64,000 nt of DNA from Octopus sinensis (GCF_006345805.1 NC_042997.1:152582001-152646000), one strand, 5' to 3'. Numbered from the stretch's first letter, positions 13,313-25,480 are shown. Notes: generated from the sequence alone by a model not told the origin. Made by a program: numbers and translations.

Positions 13313-15240
13313 AAATACCTAAGTGACAATCTGGAAAAGCTGGGGTTTTCAGAAAAATTAATCAACCAGCAGATCACAAATACAATTTATGAGCCGAACA
13401 GTAGAAATATGCAAGACTTTTCTCAAGTTCTAAATGTAAATTTATTTATGTTATCTACATTCCAACGATGAAACTTTATGCCTTTGTTAGAAACCACCTT
13501 CTTCTTTACAGGAAGCTTTCAAATAATTTAAAACAGACGACATACACACGTACATACATATATACAATGATATATCAACTGTTGACAGACAGCGACTGTC
13601 CCCAACAAAACAAAGACGAAGTTATTGCATTCTACAAGTGAATAATATTGTTACTCCAAAATCGCCAAGTATCCCTGGTAATTTCTTTGATATATAGCAG
13701 AGATAAAATTGTATCACAAAGACTGTTTACTCTTCAGTGTCTGAAAATATCTTAGCATTGATACGCTAATTTTCGTGCATACTCCATAGAGTTCAACTGA
13801 GACCCACATACACATTCAGGACCGCATCCACAAAGAAATCCATTCGCCTAATTCACAAAAAAGTCTCATTCCAACATGCATCACAGACCCCCACAGACCC
13901 GTTGTTGTAGTGTTTCTCACGATTTCTGTGACTACAAAGCTTTCAGTTCGCCAGAAATAACTTGATGCTACCTTTACGAAGACTTCCTCAATACGCATCT
14001 TATCAGCTTTATTCTCTCACCTCCAGAACAAGCATAAACCATATTACACTTTCCTTCTCCCTAATACTGAAATTACATTTGCCTCCTCATAAATGTTAGC
14101 CTGCAGATATTGTTCAGTATTGAAGAGCCCTGCAAAGATAATGATCTCTGCTCTTTTCCTTATGAGTAACTTCCAAACTATTCGACAGCTTTTCCTTCAA
14201 ACTCCATGATTAAGAATTTGCAAAGCTGGCGTCAGATTGAAAATAGAGAAAAATGCAATCTCATCTAATTTGATTCATTATTAATTACTCCCCAGTTAAC
14301 TGGTATATGCATCTAAATAGCATATGAAATTGACTTAATGAGCAGAGTCATCCAGGCAAAGTTGACAGCAAAATTCTTTAGGCGTTGTTTAATTCTAATT
14401 ACTGCAACCTGTCTATGATAATACAATGTCAATAATTACAAATAACCCCGCACAGTAGAAACTCAGGAATGCATATCTGAAAGATAGACGAACATAAATG
14501 TAATTGTGATTTATTCTCATTGGAAAATTTGCTTAGATATATCCACCAAATATGAAATAGTAATCACTAGGAAAGAAAGCAGTGTTTGGTGATGGGCTTA
14601 CAGATAATTTATACTTTAATTAACAGAAAATTGGTAAATAATGCTCTTTCTGTGTTTTCTTATTTCGTTTTTAATATGATATATGCTATATACGGAATGC
14701 AGCATTTAGCACAAATTCGAATTATCATAACTATGACTGCTTATTTGGCAATCGGTTGCCATAATAACAAACAATTTTTACTTTGTTATCGCTTTTTTTT
14801 CTAAATACTGATAACCTCGATAGAATGTGACCGGTCTATTATATAGTAGTTAAAGCAATTATTCTTAACAGTAATTTTGATGTTTTGACGTGGGACCAAA
14901 AATAGGATTATTTTGGAATCAACACCAACAATTTACTTGTATTTACTTTTATCGAAGTTGGGAAAACGGAAGCTATTTAAACCTTGATAAGGACACTGAG
15001 AGATGAAAATAAACATTATAAAACACACGAGTACCAATTTCTAAATTCCAGTAGGGTCAGTGAGTTTCAGCAAGAATCTTATTTTAAAAAAATCATTCAC
15101 AGGCCCACAACAGATACTGACATAAATACTAATAATAATCGTTTTAAAAATTGCCACAAGACCATGGACTTATGCAAGAGTAGAAATGCGACATGATGAG
15201 ATGGTGTTTTTTTTTGTCATTTTCTAAAGGAATTTCTTTT

Positions 15241-15617
15241 CTTATTTCAGTCGTGAAAATTCGGCAATGCTGGGGCAACATCTTAAAGAATTTTAGTCAG
15301 ACGAATCGACCCCAGTACTTGTTATTTTTTGTTAAAGCCTGGTACTTATTCTATTGATTTCTTTTGCCGAACTACTAAATTAGGGGACGTAAACACACTA
15401 ACACTGGTTGTCAAGCGGTGGTGGGGGAAAATCAGACATAAGGGGACACACAGACACATATATACGACGGGCTTTCAGTCTACCAAATCCACTCACAAGG
15501 TTTTCGTCAGCCCGAAGCTATAGTAGAAGACTCTTGACTAAGGTATCACGCAGTGGGACTGAACCCGAAACTATGTGGCTGGCAAGCAGAATTGCTACCA
15601 TACAGCCACGCGAGCGC
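15241..15617 (-). mobile_element. SINE family A, diverged
   Basis: Colinear with the other family A copies; short internal microsatellite. Confidence 0.75.
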
Positions 15618-16013
15618 ATATAACAATTCAAATTATTAACAATTTTATCGAGTCTCGAGTACCGGGTCCTTTGGTTCACTTGAAGCCATATTCATAGCAA
15701 GCATATTTTTCAGCATCAAACATTTGTTTCTGTTGTTAAACGTCGTGGGCTAAAATCAGACAGTTTTGTCCGATCTAATGTACTGTATTCTTTGCAAACT
15801 ATGAGATGTGACTTATTTAGGCGAGGTAGCTCGTAACTTTGCTGATATTTTCTAGGATCATCTTGTTGACTGTAATAATGCCTTTACTTTTCGCAAATTC
15901 GCAACCCGATATTTTAACTTACTCACTCCGCTGAGCATCTTTCAGTGTGTGTTGTTCTCTTATACTATGACTCAAATGAGTATTACAAGTAAGCATGAAT
16001 GTGCATATTCCGA

Positions 16014-16014
<1 letters not shown>

Positions 16015-16065
<51 letters not shown>

Positions 16066-16098
16066 TATACATACATATATACATACACACACACACAC

Positions 16099-16130
<32 letters not shown>

Positions 16131-16179
16131 ATATATATATAGAGAGAGAGAGAGATAGATATATATATATATATGTATA

Positions 16180-16217
<38 letters not shown>

Positions 16218-16347
16218 CATATGCATATATATATATATGTATATACATACATATATATATATATATATATACATATATACATATATATATAAATATAAAT
16301 AAATACACACACACACACCACACATATATATATAATATATATATATA

Positions 16348-16380
<33 letters not shown>
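16015..16380. repeat. Compound (TA)n/(CA)n/(GA)n microsatellite
   Basis: Read directly. Confidence 0.92.
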
Positions 16381-16760
16381 CAAAATTTAGAGGAATGACC
16401 ACTAATTGTATTTCGTAAACCACAGACTACGCTGATGATCTTGCAGATGTTTACGTATCCATATACGTAAATATTAACAAGTGAAACTAATTAGTACGTA
16501 GGTAATGGTTTTTTTATTTCCGTATATTTTCATTTGTCTTATTTTTAAACTTTGGTTTTTGCTGAATTTCTTTTTGAGAACACATTCCTCGTGGTAAACG
16601 GCGAGTTTGACGTCTATATCTAGCATACAGGCTGTTCACTATTAGTGGTCATTCTTCTAAATTTTGTATGTATAAAATTTTTCATCTTCGGATTTTTAAA
16701 ATAATATGCTAGGCCACTGGTTTTAATTGATTAATATCAATTTCTACCCTTATTTAATTT
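16378..16760 (+). mobile_element. ORF-less fold-back element with a hammerhead motif, between (TA)n tracts
   Basis: 29-bp inverted repeat 16378-16406 / 16641-16669 (1 mismatch); right arm extends about 90 nt further; (TA)n on both sides. Confidence 0.65.
16427..16501 (+). ncRNA. Type I hammerhead ribozyme, canonical core
   Basis: Helix I CUACG/CGUAG; CUGAUGA; helix II CUUG/CAAG with inner UUUACGUA/UACGUAAA; GAAA; helix III is the 10-nt palindrome ACUAAUUAGU; GUA site at 16494-96. Confidence 0.75.
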
Positions 16761-16805
16761 ATATATATATATATATACTTTATTTAAAAGCACCAGAAAT
16801 TCAAC

Positions 16806-16853
16806 AAAAACTGTTACTCGGAGTTTCACGTCCCCGTTCGTCGGACAGTTTTT
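16806..16853 (-). ncRNA. Type I hammerhead-like motif, CCGACGA (U4C) variant
   Basis: 9-bp helix I AAAAACUGU/ACAGUUUUU; CCGACGA; helix II ACG-GGGA-CGU; GAA; helix III ACUC-C-GAGU; GUA; AATAAA then (TA)n downstream on the same strand. Confidence 0.6.
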
Positions 16854-17050
16854 TCTTTTTCCTTCTTTTTTTACACATGCTGTTGTATTTACTTTTTGTA
16901 TTCTTTTATTATTTTTTATATTAGTATTTATATATTTTGTGTTTTTATTTTCTATATTCTATTTTCATTTTTTATTTGTATACCTGTAAAAAAAAGATCT
17001 TTTGCTAAAGCAACGTTCTAAACCAGAGAATTTCAATTTAAAAACAGCTA

Positions 17051-17077
17051 TTGAAAAGCTCGAAACTCATTAGAGTA
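17051..17077 (+). ncRNA. Hammerhead-like core (U3-A8), helix I not convincing
   Basis: UUGAAAA-GCUC-GAA-ACUC AUUA GAGU-A; part of a 38-nt block identical to 18760-18797. Confidence 0.35.
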
Positions 17078-17515
17078 ACTGTAAACACGGTAAAAAAAGA
17101 AGAAAAAAGAAAAACGGAAACGAAAAAGGTGGAAAAGAAGGAAAAGAACACGAAGAAAGGCAAGAGGAAGGAAAGAGGAAGGTAAAGAGTAAGAGGAAGA
17201 AGACAAAAGGTAGTTGAAAATCGTACAGAGAAGACATTAGTCTATCAGGAATAAAAAATAATTTAGGAGTGGTCAAAAATGTTGAATTCTTGTCAAAAGA
17301 TGACCTTTGTGAATCCTTCGATCTGAGGTCACCTTATTTATCTTCCACACACACACACACGCGCACGCACACACACACATACACGCGCACACACACATAT
17401 GTGTGTATATATATGTGCGAGTATGTGTGTAGATATGTGTATATATATATGCATGCATATGTACATATGTGTATACATATGTGTGTGTATGTGTGTGAGT
17501 GCATATATATATATA

Positions 17516-17680
17516 GGCGCAGGAGTGGCTGTGTGGTAAGTAGCTTGCTAACCAACCACATGGTTCCGGGTTCAGTCCCACTGCGTGGCATCTTGGGCAA
17601 GTGTCTTCTGCTATAGCCCCGGGCCGACCAATGCCTTGCGAGTGGATTTGGTAGACGGAAACTGAAAGAAGCCTGTCGTA

Positions 17681-17750
<70 letters not shown>

Positions 17751-17952
17751 TTGTGTGTCTGTGTTTGTCCCCCTAGCATCGCTTGACAACCGATGCTGGT
17801 GTGTTTACGTCCCCATCACTTAGCGGTTCGGCAAAAAAGAGACCGATAGAATAAGTACTGGGCTTACAAAGAATAAGTCCCGGGGTCGAGTTGCTCGATT
17901 AAAGGCGGTGCTCCAGCATGGCCGCAGTCAAATGACTGAAACAAGTAAAAGA
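17516..17952 (+). mobile_element. tRNA-derived SINE family A, full length
   Basis: ggcgcaggagtggctgtgtggtaag (A-box-like), ggttccgggttcagtccc (B-box-like), internal (TA)n(TG)n, tail gactgaaacaagtaaaaga. Confidence 0.9.
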
Positions 17953-18084
17953 GAAAAAGAGCAAAAGAGAATATATGTGTATGCGCATGTACATAGGTAC
18001 ACATGGAGACATGTATGTATGTGAATGTGTGTGTATGTGAGTGTATGTGTAGATGTATGTGTATGTACGTGTGTACGTAGATGC

Positions 18085-18245
18085 AAGTGTGTGTGTGTGG
18101 ATGTATGTATACCCGCATGTATGGATGTGTGAATGTATACCCGCATGTATGGATGTGTGATGTATGTATACCCGCATGTATGGATGTGTAGATGCAAGTG
18201 TGTGTGTGTGGATGTATGTATACCCGCATGTATGGATGTATGTAT
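18085..18245. repeat. Minisatellite-like repeats of ATACCCGCATGTATGGATGT inside a (TG/TA)-rich tract
   Basis: The unit occurs four times between about 18108 and 18240, interleaved with tagatgcaagtgtgtg. Confidence 0.8.
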
Positions 18246-18760
18246 GTGTTTGGGTGTATGTGTGTATGTATGTATATATGTGATTAGGTAGAGACACACC
18301 GTGCCAGCCGTGAAGGATGAATTAGGTGACCTCAGATCGAATGATTCCCAAATGTCATCTTTTGAAAGAACTCAATGGAAAAAAGAAACCAACAGAAGAA
18401 AAAGCTAATGAAATCCAGCCACTAAAAGAATCGATGAAATCTATTAAAACAACAGTTACAGAGACTGAAACTCATCTGCCTCCTAAAGGAGACAATGAGT
18501 GGAATACTGTGACCAGGAAAGAAAAAAGCAGAAAGAGTAAGAGTTCCTACCCCATTCCCTCTGACACCAACGTGCCCATCACTACAAACAATATGCTCAC
18601 CACTACAAACATTTTAATACTCATTCATCATCGATTTTTAATTACATGTATCTTCATGATTGTTGTTTCATTCTTTCCCCGATCCCTTGTGTGTCCTTCT
18701 TTCGTCCACTCTGTATCTTAACCGTAATGGTTAATAAGGAAAAGAGTTTGAAAATGGCCA

Positions 18761-18787
18761 TTGAAAAGCTCGAAACTCATTAGAGTA
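18761..18787 (+). ncRNA. Hammerhead-like core (U3-A8), second copy
   Basis: Identical to 17051-17077; flanks unrelated; no helix I. Confidence 0.3.
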
Positions 18788-19101
18788 ACTGTAAACATTA
18801 CCATTAAAATTAAAATTATCCCCACTAAAATCCATCTCTACTCATTGTTTCAAATATAATATACTGTACCAAGAAATGTTTTTGTTATTCTACTGTTATA
18901 ATATATATATATATATATATATATAGATAAGAAAGTTTGTTTGGTAAAGCACGTGGGTGAATATATAAGAAAATAGTAAAGTGTGAAAAAACGACAGAAG
19001 GCTTAAATGTTAAAAAATATATATATTTGTGTCAAAATGTCTGGAGAATATTGGAAAATTTTTTTTCCTTTCCTTAAAATGACATAATTTTAAAATTTTT
19101 A

Positions 19102-19141
19102 AAGAAATTACCGGTTTCGCGTGTAGCTTTTCAAATTTCTT
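19102..19141 (-). ncRNA. PLE 3' hammerhead (U3-A8), inverted copy
   Basis: Reverse complement of 22280-22319. Confidence 0.68.
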
Positions 19142-19278
19142 GTGACGTTATGTTTATATTGCATGGAATTATCGTTGTTTTTATTTCCAGGAGATTTCTA
19201 AATAAGGGGAGGTAGTGAGTGATTTTTTCCGGTGTAGGGGAGATAATCGCTTAAAAATTTTTTTTTCCCATTTCCTTG

Positions 19279-20219
19279 TTAATTTCTCTGTGTCAGTATG
19301 TTCGGATGGTTGAGTCTGGGTTTGTACTTTTCAATGAAGAATGTTTCCTTGTTCAGTCTCATTTGTGTTGATGATCCGAAAGCACATTGGTAAAATGGGA
19401 AGATTAAAAATTGTGGCAGTAGTTGCTTTGCGCATTTCTCAATGTGCTCACTAAAAGGTATCATTCTATATTCTGGGAATGCAATCTGTTGTCGATGCAG
19501 TGTGCATCTGCGCCTGAGTGATAGTCCCGTGGAACCCACGTAGTCTTGGTGGCAGCCCGAGCATTTAATAACATAAATTATGTTTTCAGAGGCACAAGTA
19601 AAGTTAGATTTGATCTTAAATTTCTGTCCCTCTTTAAAGAAGAATTCTGATCCTTCCAATAGGTTAGGACATGTTGCACAGTTCGATCTACCACATTTTT
19701 TTACTTTTGCATCCGTAATTTTAGAAGACAATTTTGCCTTTGTGAGAATCTTTTTAAGTGATTTAGGCTGTTTGTAGCTTTTAATGATTTGGTGTATGTT
19801 TAGAATTTCCTTTAATTTTGGGTTTTTATGAAGTATTGGTAAATTCTGGGTGATGATGGTGAAGGCTTCTTTGTTTCTGGGGTTGTATGTAGATATGTAA
19901 GGTAGTATTTTCGGGGAAGGTGTGTTGTTGTGTTGATTTCTGTTGCACGTCTGATCCCATCCTCTATGAGTTGAGCTGGGTAATGTCTGTCAATTAGGGT
20001 GTTTTTGAGTTCTTGCAGTCTAAAGTTCCTGGTATTTTGTTCTGACACTATTGTGCATATCCTTCTTGCAAGGTTGAAGGGGATGTTTGTTTTAGTGTGT
20101 CTTGGGTGGCATGAATTAAAAAGAAGGTATTGTTTGGCGTCTGTGGCTTTGTAAAAAATGTCTGTTTCTATTTTAAGGTTAATTTTTTTAATTAGTATAT
20201 CCAAGAACGGGAGCTCCTT
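19279..20219 (-). pseudogene. Inverted partial copy of the PLE ORF (RT thumb + GIY-YIG)
   Basis: ELPFLD...HPRHTKTNIPFNLARR and IIYVIKCSGC...YVGST...; differs from the plus copy at a few residues (S/F, R/H). Confidence 0.9.
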
Positions 20220-22142
20220 ATACACAATGGAAAGAACTGATAGAACTCCAAAATGATGAAGATATAACCATTAAGGAAGCGGACAAGGGAAATGCAGTTG
20301 TAATAATGGATACATCATACTACAGAAATCTTGTAATTTCCTTGCTTGATGAAGACCTACATTATGAAAAATTACCAACTACACCCCACAAAAAATAATG
20401 AAAACTCTATCTTCACTAATTAAAACCCATGAAAAGGAACTGACAACCAAAGAGATTGATTTCCTAACAAACTTTAAATGCAAACCTAGCCTTTTCTATG
20501 GTCTGCCAAAAATTCATAAAAGTCAAATTATAAATGAAACCATTAAAAAATCACCAAAGACATACATACACACACCTAATCCGGGGGACCTAAAACTACG
20601 ACCCATTGTAGCTGGCCCAACCTGTGAAACACACAGACTAAGTCTACTTATGGACATCCTCTTGAAACCCTTCCTTAAACATATCGATAGCCATATCAGA
20701 GATGACTTAGATATGTTAAACCACCTTCCAAAAAAACCAAGGAAGAAACAATCCTGGTTTCATTTGATGTAGTCAACTTGTATACCAGTATACCTCATAA
20801 TTATGGACTGGAGGCAATACAATTCTGGTTAGACCAATTTCCGGAAGAAATACCAAAAAGGATCAGTAAGGAATTCATTACTAAATCAATTGAATTCATC
20901 CTACACAATAACCACTTCATGTTTGACAATACATTTTACCGTCAAAAATCCGGAATTGCTATGGGTACAAGGGCAGCACCAGTCATTGCGAACTTAACAA
21001 TGGGATACATGGAAATAATCATTTACCAGGAATCTCTATCAATCTTTGGAAACTCCCTCTCTCAATACATAAAAGAGAATTGGAAACGATTCCTAGACGA
21101 TTGTTTCATTCTCTGGAATGAAAACATAGATAAACTCCTAAAATTTAAAAACCTATTGAACAGCATAAACCCAAATATACAGTTCACAATGGAATACACC
21201 AAAAGGAGCTCCCGTTCTTGGATATACTAATTAAAAAAATTAACCTTAAAATAGAAACAGACATTTTTTACAAAGCCACAGACGCCAAACAATACCTTCT
21301 TTTTAATTCATGCCACCCAAGACACACTAAAACAAACATCCCCTTCAACCTTGCAAGAAGGATATGCACAATAGTGTCAGAACAAAATACCAGGAACTTT
21401 AGACTGCAAGAACTCAAAAACACCCTAATTGACAGACATTACCCAGCTCAACTCATAGAGGATGGGATCAGACGTGCAACAGAAATCAACACACAACACA
21501 CCTTCCCCGAAAATACTACCTTACATATCTACATACAACCCCAGAAACAAAGAAGCCTTCACCATCATCACCCAGAATTTACCAATACTTCATAAAAACC
21601 CAAAATTAAAGGAAATTCTAAACATACACCAAATCATTAAAAGCTACAAACAGCCTAAATCACTTAAAAAGATTCTCACAAAGGCAAAATTGTCTTCTAA
21701 AATTACGGATGCAAAAGTAAAAAAATGTGGTAGATCGAACTGTGCAACTTGTCCTAACCTATTGGAAGGATCAGAATTCTTCTTTAAAGAGGGACAGAAA
21801 TTTAAGATCAAATCTAACTTTACTTGTGCCTCTGAAAACATAATTTATGTTATTAAATGCTCGGGCTGCCACCAAGACTACGTGGGTTCCACGGGACTAT
21901 CACTCAGGCGCAGATGCACACTGCATCGACAACAGATTGCATCCCCAGAATATAGAATGATACCTTTTAGTGAGCGCATTGAGAAATGCGCAAAGCAACT
22001 ACTGCCACAATTTTTAATCTTCCCATTTTACCAATGTGCTTTCGGATCATCAACACAAATGAGACTGAACAAGGAAACATTCTTCATTGAAAAGTACAAA
22101 CCCAGACTCAACCATCCGAACATACTGACACAGAGAAATTAA
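20220..22142 (+). pseudogene. PLE reverse transcriptase-GIY-YIG endonuclease ORF, frameshifted
   Basis: ADKG, FYGLPKIHK, LRPIV, SFDVVNLYTSIP, QKSGIAMG, RFLDD, IQFTME, LPFLD; linker CGRSNCATC (Neptune-type Cys motif); IIY...CSGC...YVG; four frameshifts and no internal stops. Confidence 0.92.
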
Positions 22143-22279
22143 CAAGGAAATGGGAAAAAAAATTTTTTAAGCGATTATCTCCCCTACACCGGAAAAAATC
22201 ACTCACTACCTCCCCTTATTTAGAAATCTCCTGGAAATAAAAACAACGATAATTCCATGCAATATAAACATAACGTCAC

Positions 22280-22319
22280 AAGAAATTTGAAAAGCTACAC
22301 GCGAAACCGGTAATTTCTT
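22280..22319 (+). ncRNA. PLE 3' type I hammerhead, U3-A8 variant
   Basis: 7-bp helix I AAGAAAU/AUUUCUU; UUGAAAA; 2-bp helix II GC-UACAC-GC; GAA; palindromic helix III ACCGGU; GUA at 22310-12; about 140 nt after the ORF stop. Confidence 0.7.
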
Positions 22320-22449
22320 TAAAATTTTAAAATTATGTCATTTTAAGGAAAGGAAAAAAATTTTTCCAATATTCTCCAGACATTTTGACACAAATAATAT
22401 ATTTTTTAACATTTAAGCCTTCTGTCGTTTTTTCACACTTTACTATTTT

Positions 22450-22516
<67 letters not shown>

Positions 22517-22585
22517 TATATATATACGTTTAAATATTTGTTGTGCAAGATTGGCTAAACTGGCAATATGACCATTCCGAAATAT

Positions 22586-22639
<54 letters not shown>

Positions 22640-22854
22640 ATATATATATGATGAGCAAAGAGACCGTGTTTCTTTATATATTGGTATTAACAAATGCGCG
22701 CGCCAATGTATCCGTGAATGAAGTTATTTATTTTCAAATGGTCTGTATTACAGGCCAATATTCAAGTACTTCTACCTCAGAATAACTTGGATGCAGCAAA
22801 ACCAGTAATACTCTTTCTGTCTTCCTCACTCTGAATGGGAGAGAGAGAGAGTTT

Positions 22855-23192
22855 GGAAATATTCATAAAACTAATCATATTTGACCTTAAATAGGCATTT
22901 CTTCGTCGTTATTTTAATCATCGTCGTCGTTCTCACCATCACCACAATCTTTCGTCATTTGGAAGGCTGTATGATGTAGACTCAAGGAAACAAAAGACGT
23001 CATAACTCTTTGAGGATATTTATGACTTTTAGACCAGGTGTTTTTCTACAGAATCTAATTACGTTTCTTCCAGTATATTTATATATACAGCAATATAAAT
23101 GTAGTATGATAGGTTTTTAAAAAATAATAGAAATCTCATTATATCTTATGCATTTCTTGCTAGCCAATTTTCAAACTTGTTCTCAATTTCCT
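22855..23192. repeat. About 340-bp local duplication, copy 1 (paired with 28745-29089)
   Basis: Colinear, same orientation, roughly 85-90% identical by eye. Confidence 0.85.
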
Positions 23193-24052
23193 GAATATCT
23201 TATGGAATTTGAACTTTTCGAGTAATTGCAGGAATTCTACTAATAACAATCTTTAGCCGTTCCTGATTTCTTTGCTTAGAACTATTTAACTCTTAACATA
23301 TATCTACAGATTTTTTATTATAAAATTTAGAGCTAGCACTAGAATTTAAAACGTTTCGAATGCAAATGCGTCTATTTAAATAATGCGATCGAATATAGAA
23401 AAATAGTTAAGAGATATATATGCATATTTCGGAAGTATTTGCTCCCTTTTCACATCCAACCCGTTAACTATCCACGAACACATTACTTAAATAAATAACC
23501 GCTCATTTTAGTGGTTATTTTAGTAGTTATTTTAGTGCTGAAGGAGCAATAACTCCTGGAATATGCATATACACCCATTATCTACTTTTCTATCTTTGAT
23601 CGCATTGCTTACATGAGCGTATTTGTATACGAAACGTTTTGACTTTCAGTGCTGGCTCTAGGTTCTGTAGAAAATCTGTAGAGATAAACTTAAAAATGAA
23701 AGCATTGTACTCTGACACAAAAATAGGACGCAGTGTTGACTTATAAACCTTTTATATACTTGGTAGTATATTATGGTTGCAAAACGATATACAGTTTTGC
23801 TACTATTAATTAATAGAATTATTTAAAGACAGACTACAAAAGAAATATTATATTTTATTCTCTAGACTTAATTGACAATAATTAAAATGTGGTATTGCGA
23901 AACATAGTGATACAACAGAATGATACAAAACTGTACCGACATGATTTGAAAATCAAATATTAGAATGTTATAAACCAGCTTCCCTCTCAATCATATGAAA
24001 TCAAGTTTAAGACATACTACCTCGAGTACGACCAAAATACGGGTGCTCCTTT

Positions 24053-24509
24053 GGCGTGTGATCTACAAGGGAGATTACTTTAGGTTACTTTTTAGTTTAC
24101 TTTCCAATTTCTAGAATCTCATTATATGTTAGCTAAAGATTTTTGCAATGTGATCATCAACGAGACGAAGGCATTTTAACAAAAACCAAAAGGCAGTTGC
24201 GTTTTTACAAGAAACCAGCACTAAATTCACATCATTTCTTAAGGAAAAGAAACGTGCTACTTTGCTGACTGACCTACAATTTAAACAGAGATCACTTTAG
24301 GTTATTTTTTAGTTTACTTTGCGTTAGTGCTACTTTCCGTGTGATCTACGTGAGCAAATTTACTTTGGTGAGTGATTCACGCGCTTATTTTAATTATTAA
24401 CTGGTTTTCTTATTATTAAAACAGTAAGAATTTAAAAGAAAATACATTTAGCATGTACAAAATAATTCTAAAAGTAACCTAAAGTAATCTCCCTTGTAGA
24501 TCACACGCC
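24053..24509. mobile_element. MITE-like element with 40-bp TIRs
   Basis: ggcgtgtgatctacaagggagattactttaggttactttt at 24053-24092 and its reverse complement at 24470-24509; internal partial copies near 24294 and 24339; no ORF. Confidence 0.7.
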
Positions 24510-25480
24510 GAAATATGCATGGTCAACTATATACATTGCAGTTAATCAGTGTTAAACTTACTTTGATATTACCTTGTCTAAAATGCTTCGAATAATATGG
24601 TGGCTATATTGATAAAAACTAGAATCATACAGGTCTATGTATACCTCAGTACACTGTCAAAAGTATTATTAAATTCTATACTGAATGACTGATTCCCGTT
24701 CCGTTCACTTTGTTTCACAGATTTCTGCCGAAATATCCCGACACCCTCTCACAAGGACATTCATAATTACTCCCTATATCTGTACATTACTTCTTCTATT
24801 CATACCTTCTTCTTTTGGAGTCAAAGAAGAAGGCTGCAATCTAGCAAATAATGAAGAGAAAAACATCCTTTTTCTTTCTCACGATTTGTCGAAAGAAAAA
24901 TAATCCGAAACTTCAGATGCTTCGCTGCTAAAAAAAAAAAAGTCAAGCTTATCCAACTCTTCTGAACTCTCCTACGCTGGCTGTCATATTCCTGTGATAG
25001 ATATTACCAGTTTTTTTCTGATACCGGATTTTACTCTACTCTTTCAAAATTTTCAGTGTCATTACAGTTAACCTTCGCAAAATCTAAGATTGCTCTTACG
25101 GAGTCTTGAAAACTACTCTTCACACACACACGCACAAACACGCAGACATACACACACACAGATATACACACGCAAACACACACACGCGCACACGCACGCG
25201 TGCACATGCGTACACGTATTGCTTTGTCCATTATCACGGGCAATGCAGGATACTATTAGCTGTATATAGTTAAAAAAACACACACACACATAATTATGTA
25301 TGTATTCTATCTTTTTGTCTCTCTATCTTTATATATTGTTTTATTCTTTTATTTGATTCAGTCAATTGACTGCGGTCATGCTGGAAAAATCGAACCCAGA
25401 ACTTATTCTTTGTAACCCAAGCACTTATTCTATCGGTTGTCAAGCGACGGTGGGGATGCAAACACAGACACACAAATACA

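Larger units (their letters stand above)
18925..22458 (+). mobile_element. Penelope-like retroelement (PLE), 5'-truncated, with an inverted copy of its 3' 1.26 kb, inserted in (TA)n
   Basis: Inverted repeats 18961-20219 / 21203-22458, nearly identical by eye; RT and GIY-YIG motifs; (TA)n on both flanks; 36-nt extension on the left arm only. Confidence 0.92.

Noticed and set aside
13320-13420. YLSDNLEKLGFSEKLINQQI, reminiscent of a PLE RT thumb region
   Set aside because: Too short and diverged to support a call.
18326-18721. 131-aa ORF beside the PLE
   Set aside because: Low-complexity and Lys/Thr-rich with no recognised domain; probably a fragment of another PLE-related repeat, not continuous with the RT ORF.
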